NCBI GenBank assembly: GCA_938014885.1
Contig: CALLQI010000011.1
Location: 51,344 to 115,343 of the forward strand
DNA from: an uncultured bacterium
Lineage (GTDB): Bacteria; Planctomycetota; UBA8742; UBA2392
DNA length: 64,000 nt
Direction: 5' to 3'
Made by a program: the position numbers and the translations under genes. Positions 37,005-46,507 of the stretch are shown piece by piece (within the stretch, counting starts at the first letter, position 1; the number at the start of each line of letters is the position of its first letter). Under the pieces are notes generated by a model. It did no database searches. It saw only the letters and a program-made list of their open reading frames with translations, and was not told the origin of the DNA.

Positions 37005-39452
37005 ATGCGATTCACGATTGGCACCACCGTTGGCCTTTTGATTGCGACGCTGACCTTGGCCGCGGCTTGCGGTGCGCAGACCGTAATCTTCAGCGAAGAT
37101 TTCTCTGACAACAGTGCGGGCTGGACCCTTGGCACCGAATGGCAGATCGGACCTGCCGTCGCGTCGCCGTCGCCCGGGGCGGGCGGCAATGGGGACCCTG
37201 GAACTGATCACACACCCACGGCCGACAACGGCGTGGCCGGCACGATCATCGGCGGCAATGTCACGACGACGCTGCACGGCTACTACTACATCACGAGCCC
37301 GTCCTTCAACACCAGCGGGCATGCCAACGTATCGCTCAGCTTCTGGCGCTGGCTGAATATTGACTACACCCCATTCATGAGCGCCATTGTGCAGGTGTAT
37401 GACGGGGCAGTTTGGCAGACCCTGTTTCAGACCGGGGCCTCACCCGGGACTCAAGACGCGGCCTGGACGCAGTTCAGCTACGACCTCACACCATACACCA
37501 GCGCCAACACTCGAGTTCGATTCGGGCACCAGGTGGGAAGCAGCGGCGCGTACACAGTCAGTGGGTGGAACCTCGACGACATCGAAATCACCGCCGCGGC
37601 TACCACATTATCGCTGTCGCATACCGGACCTGCGACCCAGCAGGTCGATGAAAATGCCCAGGGCCCCGGAGGTGACGGTCTCGTTCTTGCGAGCTTCGAG
37701 GCCAGTAACCCCACGGCTTCCGCGGAAACGCTCACGGACATCACATTCTCGCAGGCAGGCACCGCCGACGGGCAGGCCGACATCAACTTCCTGGCCCTTT
37801 ACGAAGACACCAACACAAACGGATCCTTTGACGGGCCTGCTACCGACCTGCTGGCGACGGCTGCGCCCGGCATCAGCTTCAGTGCTCCGACGGGCGACTA
37901 TGTCGCGACCTTGGCCAACCCCACGGTTCCGGCAAGCTCGACGCGTCGCTTCTTTCTCGTAACGAAGCTGGCCGGCAGCGCAGACTTCGGTGAAACGCTG
38001 CAGGCAAACATTACCGCAGCCTCAGCCAGCAGCGGGCCTGCGGGCATTCCGGCGCTTGCCGCGCAACCAGGTTTGCAGATCTCGACACCGGAACTGGATG
38101 TGGACGTGACCGGCCCCTTTGTGGCGGTGACCGTTGAGTCCTCGTCACAGGGCCCGTCCGGGGACGGAGAGCTGCTATCCGAATTCACGTTGACGGCCGA
38201 GTATGACGCGTGGACCGTAAGCTCGATCACTTTCTCGGCGTCCGGAACAGCCGATGAACAGGCAACCATCGAGTTCCTCGCCCTGTACGAAGACACCAAC
38301 ACAAACGGCATCTTCGACGGCCCCACGACTGATCTTCTGGCGACAGCGGTCGAAGGTACAAGCTTTGATGCGGCCGACGGAGACTACGTGGCGACACTCG
38401 AGGCCGGCTTTGCCGACTTCACGCTGGGGCAATCCAAGCGGTTCTTCCTGGTCTGCAAACTGAACGGCCTCGCGCTGCCCAGCGATACTTTCGCGGTGGA
38501 CATCACGGCGGTTTCCGAGACCTCTGCGCGAGGCGGCGCCGTGGATCTGCCCGGGACGCCGACCGATGCACTGGTCATTGATGCCAACAACTCACTGATC
38601 ATGGGCCACGGCCCCAACAATCCCGGCAACCGGCTGGTCGGTGGCGGTGCGGCCGTTGGCGTAACGCTGGCCCAGTTCCGCATCACCGGCTTCACAGCTG
38701 CGGCCAACGTGGACTACATCGACCTCGATACAGGTGGCACCGGCGACTGGGCATCTGACCTTGACGCCACCAGCGGTGTCGAAATCTACCTGGACGACGG
38801 CGACGGTGTGTTTGGTGCTGGTGACACACTTCTGTTCGCGGGGCCCGGAGCGGCGACAATCTCGGGGACATTCACCACTCCGGTAGGTGTGCCGGCCGGC
38901 GGATGGCGCGACTTCTGGGTTCGTGTGAACCTGCTTGCCACAGCCGGCGCATCACCGCCTGAGACCTTCCGCTGCGATGTCGCGGCCTTTGGCGGCATGG
39001 CCTCCACCAAACTGTTTGCTTCAGTGCCGCTCAGCAGCAACGTGCTGTCCGTGGCAGACTTCGGAGTGACGGCCTTTGCACCTCTCACCGACGCGGCCGC
39101 AGGCGGGGCTGCCATCACGATCGACGGCATGGGCTTCAATGCGCCGGTGGTCGTCACCATCGGCGGCGTGACCTGCCCCGGTGTGGCTGTGATCAATCCT
39201 GCAGGGACGCAGATCACTGGTCTGACCGTGCCTGCGGGTTCAGGCCAGAACCTGCCGATTCACGTCAGTTCGGGCGGTCTCAGCATTCTGCTTGCACAGA
39301 CGTTCAGCTATCCGACACCGTCCAGCGGGGGTGGCGACGGCGACGACGACAGCGCATGCAGCACGGGCCAAACCGGCGGCTTTTGGTGGTTGGCTCTGCT
39401 GCCGCTGGCTTTGCTGGCTGCACGACAGCGCAAACTGCGCCGCGCAAGTTAA
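37005..39452 (+). CDS. Large secreted surface protein (815 aa). It has an N-terminal jelly-roll-like domain, three internal repeats of about 170 aa, an IPT/TIG-like domain, and a C-terminal Cys-TM-Arg sorting tag.
   Basis: Signal peptide MRFTIGTTVGLLIATLTLAAACGAQ. Repeats include ...FLALYEDTNTNG(S/I)FDGP(A/T)TDLLATA.... The IPT-like region is ...ITIDGMGFNAPVVVTIGGVTC.... The C-terminus is ...DDDSACSTGQTGGFWWLALLPLALLAARQRKLRRAS. Confidence 0.85.
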   Translation: MRFTIGTTVGLLIATLTLAAACGAQTVIFSEDFSDNSAGWTLGTEWQIGPAVASPSPGAGGNGDPGTDHTPTADNGVAGTIIGGNVTTTLHGYYYITSPSFNTSGHANVSLSFWRWLNIDYTPFMSAIVQVYDGAVWQTLFQTGASPGTQDAAWTQFSYDLTPYTSANTRVRFGHQVGSSGAYTVSGWNLDDIEITAAATTLSLSHTGPATQQVDENAQGPGGDGLVLASFEASNPTASAETLTDITFSQAGTADGQADINFLALYEDTNTNGSFDGPATDLLATAAPGISFSAPTGDYVATLANPTVPASSTRRFFLVTKLAGSADFGETLQANITAASASSGPAGIPALAAQPGLQISTPELDVDVTGPFVAVTVESSSQGPSGDGELLSEFTLTAEYDAWTVSSITFSASGTADEQATIEFLALYEDTNTNGIFDGPTTDLLATAVEGTSFDAADGDYVATLEAGFADFTLGQSKRFFLVCKLNGLALPSDTFAVDITAVSETSARGGAVDLPGTPTDALVIDANNSLIMGHGPNNPGNRLVGGGAAVGVTLAQFRITGFTAAANVDYIDLDTGGTGDWASDLDATSGVEIYLDDGDGVFGAGDTLLFAGPGAATISGTFTTPVGVPAGGWRDFWVRVNLLATAGASPPETFRCDVAAFGGMASTKLFASVPLSSNVLSVADFGVTAFAPLTDAAAGGAAITIDGMGFNAPVVVTIGGVTCPGVAVINPAGTQITGLTVPAGSGQNLPIHVSSGGLSILLAQTFSYPTPSSGGGDGDDDSACSTGQTGGFWWLALLPLALLAARQRKLRRAS

Positions 39453-39470
39453 GCGCAACGTGGACACGAA

Positions 39471-39498
39471 AACACCCGCCGATTGGCGGGTGTTTTCA
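39471..39498 (+). terminator. Hairpin terminator after the 37005..39452 gene.
   Basis: AACACCCGCC-gatt-GGCGGGTGTT followed by ttcag. The T-tract is short. Confidence 0.55.
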
Positions 39499-39499
39499 G

Positions 39500-39575
39500 T
39501 GGTGGACCCGAGGGGATTCGAACCCCTGACCTATGCATTGCGAACGCATCGCTCTACCAACTGAGCTACGGGCCC
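39500..39575 (-). tRNA. tRNA-Ala (anticodon CGC), with encoded CCA.
   Basis: The reverse complement folds as GGGCCCG-TA-GCTC-AGTTGGTA-GAGC-G-ATGCG-TTCGCAA-TGCAT-AGGTC-AGGGG-TTCGAAT-CCCCT-CGGGTCC-A-CCA. The G3:U70 pair typical of tRNA-Ala is present. Confidence 0.92.
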
Positions 39576-39668
39576 ACGGTTGTCAGGCCGGGAAAGGTAC
39601 TTTCGCCGCACACACCTGCAACGGGTCAGCCACGATGCAGGTTTCACGATTCTTCCTATATTCAAGCC

Positions 39669-40784
39669 ATGGGCCGACTTGCCCCTTACCTGCTTGCGAT
39701 TGCCGCCTGCATCGGCGTTTCAGCATTGCTGCCCGTTCCCGCCCGCACCGCAAGCGTCAGCGATGCCGCCCGAAGCACCGGTGTTCGCGCGCTTGGCGCC
39801 ACCCGCGGCTATGCCACTACGGCACTTTGGCTGCGCGCCGGTGAGGCCTACCGCCGCGGCGACCTGTACGAAACCACGGCCACATACCAGCTGATCCGCG
39901 AGCTGCAGCCGCGCAACCCGGCCGTGTACAGCTTCCTGGGCTGGATTGAAGCCTACAACATCAGCGCCCAGTTCACCGACCGCGCCCGATCCGAAGAATG
40001 GGTGCTGCGCGGCCTCGCCACCATCCATGACGGCCAGGACCGCATGCCCGAAGCCACCACGCTGAACATGGACGAGTGGCACTTCGTGCTGAACCGGACG
40101 ATAGGCCACCCGATTGCGATCCTGCGTGCCCAGCGTGAACGCTACGCCGCCCGCGACCGCTCATGGGCGCTGATCGTTGAGGCCACACTGAAGGCCGAAG
40201 CCGACATTCCTGCCACTGAGCGTAAGGTGCTGGACGAATTCTTCCGTGAGGTCGGCTTTCACCTGGATGCTTTCGACGCCGCCGACCGCGCGTTTGAGCT
40301 GCCGTCGTCGCAGCTTCAGCGCCTGCTGGATCCGCGATTCGAAGACCTGCCGCCGCAACAACTGGGCGACTTGGCCCAGGCGTTCGATGAAGTAGACCGG
40401 CGCGTGGTGCGCGTGCTGTTCGCGCTTGAGCCAGACACGCTGCAAGTGCTTGCCACGGCGCACTGGTGCCGCCTGCATCTGCTTATGCTATGCCTGCGCG
40501 ATGCGCAGCGCTGGCCCCGTTCACTCAGCCTTGATGTGGCCCTTCTGAACAGCTATCGCCTCGCGTATGAGCGCCTGCCCCGCGAGTTTGAGCAAGAATT
40601 CTCCGCCCCCTATCGACAGGGAGTTGCCAAGGCCTTCCGCAACGGTATAGAGAACGCCCGCCAATATGGCGGCAAAGACGCTGTGGCGGAATTCATTGAA
40701 GACCAACGCTTTAACTTCGATTCGCTGCCGGATTTGATGCCACCAGAGACCTTGGACAAAGCGCTTCAGGAGAATCAGGGATGA
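39669..40784 (+). CDS. Hypothetical exported helical protein (371 aa), translationally coupled to hppA.
   Basis: I chose ATG 39669, since the longer ORF-track start overlaps tRNA-Ala. The N-terminus MGRLAPYLLAIAACIGVSALLPVPARTA is hydrophobic. Its stop overlaps the hppA start as ATGA (40781-40784). Confidence 0.72.
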   Translation: MGRLAPYLLAIAACIGVSALLPVPARTASVSDAARSTGVRALGATRGYATTALWLRAGEAYRRGDLYETTATYQLIRELQPRNPAVYSFLGWIEAYNISAQFTDRARSEEWVLRGLATIHDGQDRMPEATTLNMDEWHFVLNRTIGHPIAILRAQRERYAARDRSWALIVEATLKAEADIPATERKVLDEFFREVGFHLDAFDAADRAFELPSSQLQRLLDPRFEDLPPQQLGDLAQAFDEVDRRVVRVLFALEPDTLQVLATAHWCRLHLLMLCLRDAQRWPRSLSLDVALLNSYRLAYERLPREFEQEFSAPYRQGVAKAFRNGIENARQYGGKDAVAEFIEDQRFNFDSLPDLMPPETLDKALQENQG

Positions 40785-43660
40785 TTGTTTCGCTTCGCGG
40801 ACGCATGCACCGTGTCTCGCCGGTAAAGCTTTTCTCTGCTGCCTTCATGGTGTTGGCTGGCTTTGTGGTTTGCACGCTGGCCCTCACTCACGAGGGCGGC
40901 CCGGCCGCATTCTTTGACCTGCAACCGGTGGTGGAACGTGTCGCCGGCGCGCTAGGCTTTGAAAACGAAGCCCAGGGCCTGATCGCGGACCGCACCCCGC
41001 GCGATTGGGTGGTCGAAAAGGACAAGTGGAAGGAAGGGCACTTCTGGTCGCAGGGTTCCAACATCGGCTACGGCATCGCGGCCATTCTGCTGGGCCTGAT
41101 TGCTTCGGCCGTGGCGCTGGTCACTGCGCGCAAGTTCTACAAAGACGTTCAGGCCGCAGCCCCGGGCAATGAACGCATGCAGGAAATCGCCGGTGCCGTG
41201 CGCGAAGGCGCCATGGCGTACCTGAACCGGCAGAAGAAAGTCGTGTTCGCGGCATTGGTCGGCACGGCGATTCTTGTAGCCGCAATCAACCTCGCGGGCG
41301 CGCATTGGTGGCTGTCGATCTTTGTGCTGTTTGGCGTTGCCACCGGCGGCGCTTGCAGCTTTGCCACCGGCTGGTTCGGCATGCGCACCGCCACCATGGC
41401 CAGCAACCGCACCGCATGGGCCTGCAAGGAAGGCGGCCTGAACGCCGGCCTGCAAGTCGCATTCAAGGCAGGCAGCGTGATGGGCCTGAGCGTGGTGGGC
41501 ATCGGCCTGGCATTCGTGACGCTCAGTTTTGCGCTGATGGGCGGCCTGATCGACCCCATCGGCACAGACATCAACATGAACGATGTGGCCAACGCCATGA
41601 TCACGTTCGGCCTGGGTGCTTCGCTGGTGGCGCTGTTTGCGCGCGTCGGCGGCGGTATTTTCACCAAGGCGGCAGACGTCGGCGCGGACCTTGTCGGCAA
41701 GGTCGAAGCTGGCATCCCCGAAGACGACCCGCGTAACCCCGCCACCATCGCCGACAACGTCGGTGACAACGTCGGCGACGTGGCCGGCATGGGTGCAGAC
41801 CTTTACGAAAGCTACGTCGGCTCCATGCTGGCGTCGATCGCGCTGGCGTGGTCGGCCGCGGCCGCACTGGGCAAGAACCCGTTCGGCTTTGTGTTCGCCG
41901 CGATTGCGATTTCGGCGCTTGGCATCGGCCTGTCTGTTGTTTCCACCAAGTTCGTGAAGACGAAGGAAGGCGCGACATTGGCTGAGCTGCTGCACGCGCT
42001 GCACAAGGGCGTGAATGTGGCCAGCATCGGCGTGGGTGTGGTCGCGTTGCCGATCTGCCTGTTCGCGTTCCCCTGGGTGATGGGCGTGATGATGTGGCTG
42101 GCCGTCGTAACGGGCCTGGTCGCCGGCCTGGTGATCGCGTGGGGTTCGGAGCGCTACACCGCCTACGACTACAAGCCGACGCAGGACGTGGCCAAGCAGT
42201 CCGTGACCGGCCCCGCAACCGTCATCATCGGCGGCCTCGCGGTCGGCATGATGAGCACATGGATTCCGATCGTGACCGTCGCCGTCGCCACGCTGCTGGC
42301 CTTCGGTCTCGGCGGCGGCTTTGCGGCCGCACCGGCGGGCCTGTACGCGGTGGCATTGGCTGCCGTGGGCATGCTCAGCACACTGGGCATCACGCTGGCG
42401 ACGGACGCCTACGGCCCCATCGCCGACAACGCCGGCGGCAACGCCGAAATGGCGGGCTTGCCACCCGAAGTGCGCGAAAAGACCGACGCCCTGGACAGCC
42501 TTGGAAATACCACGGCCGCGATCGGCAAGGGCTTCGCCATCGGCAGCGCGGCCCTGACGGCGCTGGCCCTGATTGCCAGCTATCAGGATTCAATCGTGTC
42601 GTACTTGATGGCCAAGAAAGAGTTCTCTGATATCGCGATGTCGATCGCGTCGCCGCAGGTCATCATCGGCCTGTTCATTGGCGCGATGCTGGTGTTCATC
42701 TTCGGCGCGCTGACCATGAAGGCTGTGGGCGACGCCGCCAAGGACATGGTCGAAGAAGTGCGCCGCCAGTTCCGCGAAATCCCGGGCATCATGGAAGGCA
42801 CCAGCAAGCCCGATTACGCCCGCTGCGTGGACATCAGCACCACGGCCGCCATCCGCAAGATGATCATCCCCAGCATTCTCGCGGTGCTTGGCCCGATCGT
42901 GACTGGCGTGCTGTTCGGTGCAGGCGCGGTATTCGGTCTGCTCGCGGGCGGCCTTGCCACCGGCTTTGCCATGGCCGTAATGATGGCCAACGCCGGCGGT
43001 GCTTGGGACAACGCCAAGAAGTGGATCGAAAAGGGTGGCCTTGCTGAGGCCTTTATCGCCGAAGGTAAGTACAACCCCGACATCGAAGACAAAGCGCTTA
43101 CCCCGGTGAAGACTGAACAGGGTGGCCCGGACGGCAAGGGCAAGAAGAAGAAGGGCAAGTCCGGCCGCAAGACCGAAATCAAGAAGAACGAGGGCGAAGC
43201 CGGTTCAGAAGGCGCGTCAGAAGACTCGGGCAGCGACGACGCATCCGACGCGGACGAAGGCGACTCAGCGGAAGCAGCATCCGAAGAAACCAAGGACGAG
43301 CCCGGCTTCAGCGCCTCGGCCGAAACCGTGTTTGAATCGGCCGACAAACCGGCAGAAACCCCGGTCGCCGAACACGCCAAGCCCGCGGCCGCTCCGGCGC
43401 CCGCACCGGCAGCCGAGCACGCGGCCCCGGCCAAGCGCAAGTACAAGAAGTACATGAAGGGCAGCCCGGAACACAAAGCGGCCGTCACCGGCGACACCGT
43501 GGGCGACCCGTTCAAAGACACCAGCGGCCCCTCGATGAACATCCTGGTCAAGCTGATGAGCATGGTGGCCGTGGCCACCGTGGCGCTGACGATGGTCGTC
43601 AACAAGGGCGAAGGCCTGCTGCCCCTGTTGTTCGAACTGGTCTTCACCAGCGGCAAGTAA
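40781..43660 (+). CDS. hppA: Membrane-bound proton-translocating pyrophosphatase, with a ~140-aa low-complexity insertion near the C-terminus.
   Basis: ...GGGIFTKAADVGADLVGKVEAGIPEDDPRNPATIADNVGDNVGDVAGMGADLYESY... and ...GGAWDNAKKWIE...HKAAVTGDTVGDPFKDTSGPSMNILVKLM... are hallmark H+-PPase motifs. Confidence 0.93.
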   Translation: MIVSLRGRMHRVSPVKLFSAAFMVLAGFVVCTLALTHEGGPAAFFDLQPVVERVAGALGFENEAQGLIADRTPRDWVVEKDKWKEGHFWSQGSNIGYGIAAILLGLIASAVALVTARKFYKDVQAAAPGNERMQEIAGAVREGAMAYLNRQKKVVFAALVGTAILVAAINLAGAHWWLSIFVLFGVATGGACSFATGWFGMRTATMASNRTAWACKEGGLNAGLQVAFKAGSVMGLSVVGIGLAFVTLSFALMGGLIDPIGTDINMNDVANAMITFGLGASLVALFARVGGGIFTKAADVGADLVGKVEAGIPEDDPRNPATIADNVGDNVGDVAGMGADLYESYVGSMLASIALAWSAAAALGKNPFGFVFAAIAISALGIGLSVVSTKFVKTKEGATLAELLHALHKGVNVASIGVGVVALPICLFAFPWVMGVMMWLAVVTGLVAGLVIAWGSERYTAYDYKPTQDVAKQSVTGPATVIIGGLAVGMMSTWIPIVTVAVATLLAFGLGGGFAAAPAGLYAVALAAVGMLSTLGITLATDAYGPIADNAGGNAEMAGLPPEVREKTDALDSLGNTTAAIGKGFAIGSAALTALALIASYQDSIVSYLMAKKEFSDIAMSIASPQVIIGLFIGAMLVFIFGALTMKAVGDAAKDMVEEVRRQFREIPGIMEGTSKPDYARCVDISTTAAIRKMIIPSILAVLGPIVTGVLFGAGAVFGLLAGGLATGFAMAVMMANAGGAWDNAKKWIEKGGLAEAFIAEGKYNPDIEDKALTPVKTEQGGPDGKGKKKKGKSGRKTEIKKNEGEAGSEGASEDSGSDDASDADEGDSAEAASEETKDEPGFSASAETVFESADKPAETPVAEHAKPAAAPAPAPAAEHAAPAKRKYKKYMKGSPEHKAAVTGDTVGDPFKDTSGPSMNILVKLMSMVAVATVALTMVVNKGEGLLPLLFELVFTSGK

Positions 43661-43675
43661 TCGCATATCAACCCG

Positions 43676-43705
43676 AACGGGCGCCTGCGGGCGCCCGTTT
43701 GTTTT
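43676..43705 (+). terminator. Rho-independent terminator after hppA.
   Basis: CGGGCGCC-tgcg-GGCGCCCG followed by tttgtttt. Confidence 0.7.
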
Positions 43706-43740
43706 CGCCCTCGTCAGTCCCCCACCGTAGAATCAGGCGC

Positions 43741-44835
43741 ATGACACGACTGCTGCTCATCATTGCGCTGCTACCTGTGCTGCTGCTGGCCGCGCCGCTT
43801 GGTGCTGTTGCGCCCGTTGTCGAGAAAGATGCCACCTGCCTGGTCAGCGTAAGCCAGGCTTCCGTGAAGATCGTGCTGGCAGCGGGCGACGAAAGCTGGC
43901 GTGAAGGCGACCCGCTTTCGTGCGACATCACAGTAACGTTGCAACTGACTGCGGCGGACGACGCCGCACTTGTGGCCGAGTTGCCCTGCCCCACAGCCGC
44001 CGACATCAGCAGCAACCGGGGGTACCTGAACGATCAGCACCTGCCCGCAGAACGCCTGGACAAGGCCCTCCGCTGGGCCTTCACCGTCCCGACCGGCGGC
44101 GCGACGTTCGCCTGGACGCGCGTCACGAAACTCACGCGCGTGATGGGCGACGACATGTTCGGCCGCTACAGCCTGCGAGTCCCGCTGCAGCACATGAAGG
44201 GCTGGGCCGCGCTGCCGAAATCGTTCACCGTCAGCGTCGAGTACAGTGGCCTTAGCCCGGAACTCTTCGACCGCGAGGCCGCAGGCAGCTTCAGCCTTGA
44301 GCATTCTGTCGCCGAGGGCATGCGCGACTTCGCGCTGTCGTTCAAAGCCCGCACGCGCAAAGGCCTTCAGGACGATGCGCGCCACGCCATCGAGTCCGTG
44401 AAGGAAGCCGACCGCACCGCAGGCAACACCCGCTACACGGCGGCGCTGGTGGACCTGGCCGACGCCCTGCGCGCGGACACTGACAGCGAGGCGCTGCTCG
44501 ACACGCTGACACGCCTGCAGGCCCTCGAAGTCAGCGGCGGCAAAGCCATCACCCACTGCGGCCCCTGGGCACCCTGGCGCAAGTACGTGCCATGGTCGCT
44601 GCAGCGCATGGAACTGCTTGAAGCCATCGGGCGCGCCAAAGACGCGGCCGCCGTGGCCGCCGAAGCCGCAACCGCGCTGCAATCAACCCTCGAGTTGCAG
44701 GCTGTGGCGGCGGGCAAGCCGCGGCCTCACGAGCACTTTGACGAAGCTAAGCTCGGGCGCTACTACGACTACGACTGGGACCGAACGCGCAAGCTGTTCG
44801 AACACGCGCAGACCCTGGCGAAAGGCGGCAAGTGA
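43741..44835 (+). CDS. Secreted hypothetical protein (364 aa).
   Basis: ATG 43741 gives the signal peptide MTRLLLIIALLPVLLLAAPLGAVA. The stop overlaps the next start (TGATG). I recognise no family. Confidence 0.72.
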   Translation: MTRLLLIIALLPVLLLAAPLGAVAPVVEKDATCLVSVSQASVKIVLAAGDESWREGDPLSCDITVTLQLTAADDAALVAELPCPTAADISSNRGYLNDQHLPAERLDKALRWAFTVPTGGATFAWTRVTKLTRVMGDDMFGRYSLRVPLQHMKGWAALPKSFTVSVEYSGLSPELFDREAAGSFSLEHSVAEGMRDFALSFKARTRKGLQDDARHAIESVKEADRTAGNTRYTAALVDLADALRADTDSEALLDTLTRLQALEVSGGKAITHCGPWAPWRKYVPWSLQRMELLEAIGRAKDAAAVAAEAATALQSTLELQAVAAGKPRPHEHFDEAKLGRYYDYDWDRTRKLFEHAQTLAKGGK

Positions 44836-46505
44836 TGCTTCGGGCAGGCACAATCGCCCTGTTGCTGCTGCTTTGCGCACCGCTGTTTGCCGGCGCCGAT
44901 GAAGACTACAGCGCGCTGCTGAAAGCCTTCAACGACAAGCAGTTCACCCAGGCGCTGCCGCTGGCCGAGGCCTTTGTCGTTGCCCACGCGGATCACAAGT
45001 ATGCCGGCGCCGCCTGCTACATGGGCGGGGCATCCGGGCGCATCAGCGGCGAGCACGCCCGTGCCGAAGCGATGTATCGCAAGCTGCTGAAGGACTATCC
45101 CGACAATCGCCACGCCGCCAAAGCCCGCAACGAGCTGGTCACGGTGCTGGATGCGGCGCGCAAGTTGAAGGCGTGCATCGAACAGTGCGAAGACAACCTG
45201 AAGGCGCTGCCGGCCGATGCCAACGCCGAGCGCTGGACATTCATGATCGCGCAGTCGCGCTTTCGCCTGTGGGAGTTCGCTCAGGCTGAGAAAGACCTGA
45301 AGGCCTTCGTGAAGGCACACCCGAAGTCGGCCAATCGCGCCAACGCCGACTACTACCTCGAACGCATCAACCCGCCGCTGAAGCTCGACAAGCATGGCGT
45401 CGTGCAAGGCTACACCGGCAAGTTCAAGGATGACGTGCGCTTCCAGAATGCACTCAAGCACTTGCCCGACTACGTTGCCGAAGCCTGGCGCGTCCTCAAA
45501 CGCACGCTGGGCGTGGATCTCAAGGGCGCCCAGGTCGTGTTCGAGTTCAAGGATAAGGGGTTCACGCGCGACACCAACCGCGCGATCACCGAAACCATCT
45601 GCGTGGACTACAAGCCGTTCACGCGCATGGTGTTTTACACCGAGCACATCGTGGTCAGTGAGGCCGACTTCCGCAGCCGCGTGATCCACGAACTCAAGCA
45701 CGCGGCATTCCGCGACGTGATGGGACAGGCCTATCTGGACCTGCCGAAGTGGGTGCGCGAAGGGCTGGCAGTACTCGGCGCCGAACAGTTCGACGACCGC
45801 CTGTGCGCAATCCTTGGTGGCTACGAATTTTCGGGCAAGGCCCCGCGCGATGTGCTCGACGGCATCGACGACGTGGACCATGACGAGAACGATTACCTCG
45901 AAGACGCGGCCGCGTTCCTGTGGCTGAACACGCGCCGCAAAACCGGCGTGCACGAGTACTGTGCGCGGCTGCTCAAGGGCGAGTCGCACGAAGCCCTGTT
46001 TGCGGAGCTGTCAGGCCTCGAGTTCCGCAAAGCACTCGATGAGGCCGCCGACTACGCCCGCAAGCTCGTCGATGAGCGGCTTGGCGAGGCCGCAAAACAG
46101 TTTGAAGCCATCCGCCGCGACGAATCCCGACAGGGCGGCAACTCAATCAAGTGGCTGAAAGACACCGGGATCGCCCGCTACGAGGCATGGCTCAAGGCCA
46201 ACCCAGCTCATGCCTACACGCCCAACGCGCGCTATCGCATCGGGAAAAGCATGGTCTTGACCGGTCAACACGAAGCCGGCCGCGCGATGCTGCGCCAGGT
46301 GCTTGAGCTGGACCAGCTCACCAGCAGCATTTGCGATGACGCGCTGTACTGGATCGCCACCAGCTACGGCGATTCCGGCGATAAAGAGAATGCCGCCGCG
46401 ACATGGGGCGAGCTGCTGCGCGATTACTCCTGGTCGCGCCCGGCCATCGAAAACCAGCGCAAGTACGCCATCGCCGGGCCCGTCACGGCAGCATCCAAGG
46501 AATAG
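44835..46505 (+). CDS. Secreted TPR-repeat protein with an internal HExxH (HELKH) putative metalloprotease motif.
   Basis: Signal peptide MLRAGTIALLLLLCAPLFAGA. TPR-like helical repeats occur at both ends. The central region reads ...SRVIHELKHAAFRDVMGQ...REGLAV.... Confidence 0.78.
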   Translation: MLRAGTIALLLLLCAPLFAGADEDYSALLKAFNDKQFTQALPLAEAFVVAHADHKYAGAACYMGGASGRISGEHARAEAMYRKLLKDYPDNRHAAKARNELVTVLDAARKLKACIEQCEDNLKALPADANAERWTFMIAQSRFRLWEFAQAEKDLKAFVKAHPKSANRANADYYLERINPPLKLDKHGVVQGYTGKFKDDVRFQNALKHLPDYVAEAWRVLKRTLGVDLKGAQVVFEFKDKGFTRDTNRAITETICVDYKPFTRMVFYTEHIVVSEADFRSRVIHELKHAAFRDVMGQAYLDLPKWVREGLAVLGAEQFDDRLCAILGGYEFSGKAPRDVLDGIDDVDHDENDYLEDAAAFLWLNTRRKTGVHEYCARLLKGESHEALFAELSGLEFRKALDEAADYARKLVDERLGEAAKQFEAIRRDESRQGGNSIKWLKDTGIARYEAWLKANPAHAYTPNARYRIGKSMVLTGQHEAGRAMLRQVLELDQLTSSICDDALYWIATSYGDSGDKENAAATWGELLRDYSWSRPAIENQRKYAIAGPVTAASKE

Positions 46506-46507
46506 CA

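Noticed and set aside
39483-39668. The N-terminal extension of ORF 39483..40784, and ORF 5513..5770.
   Set aside because: Both run straight through tRNA genes on the opposite strand. An internal ATG (39669) with a hydrophobic leader gives a sensible start for the first. The second has no support at all.
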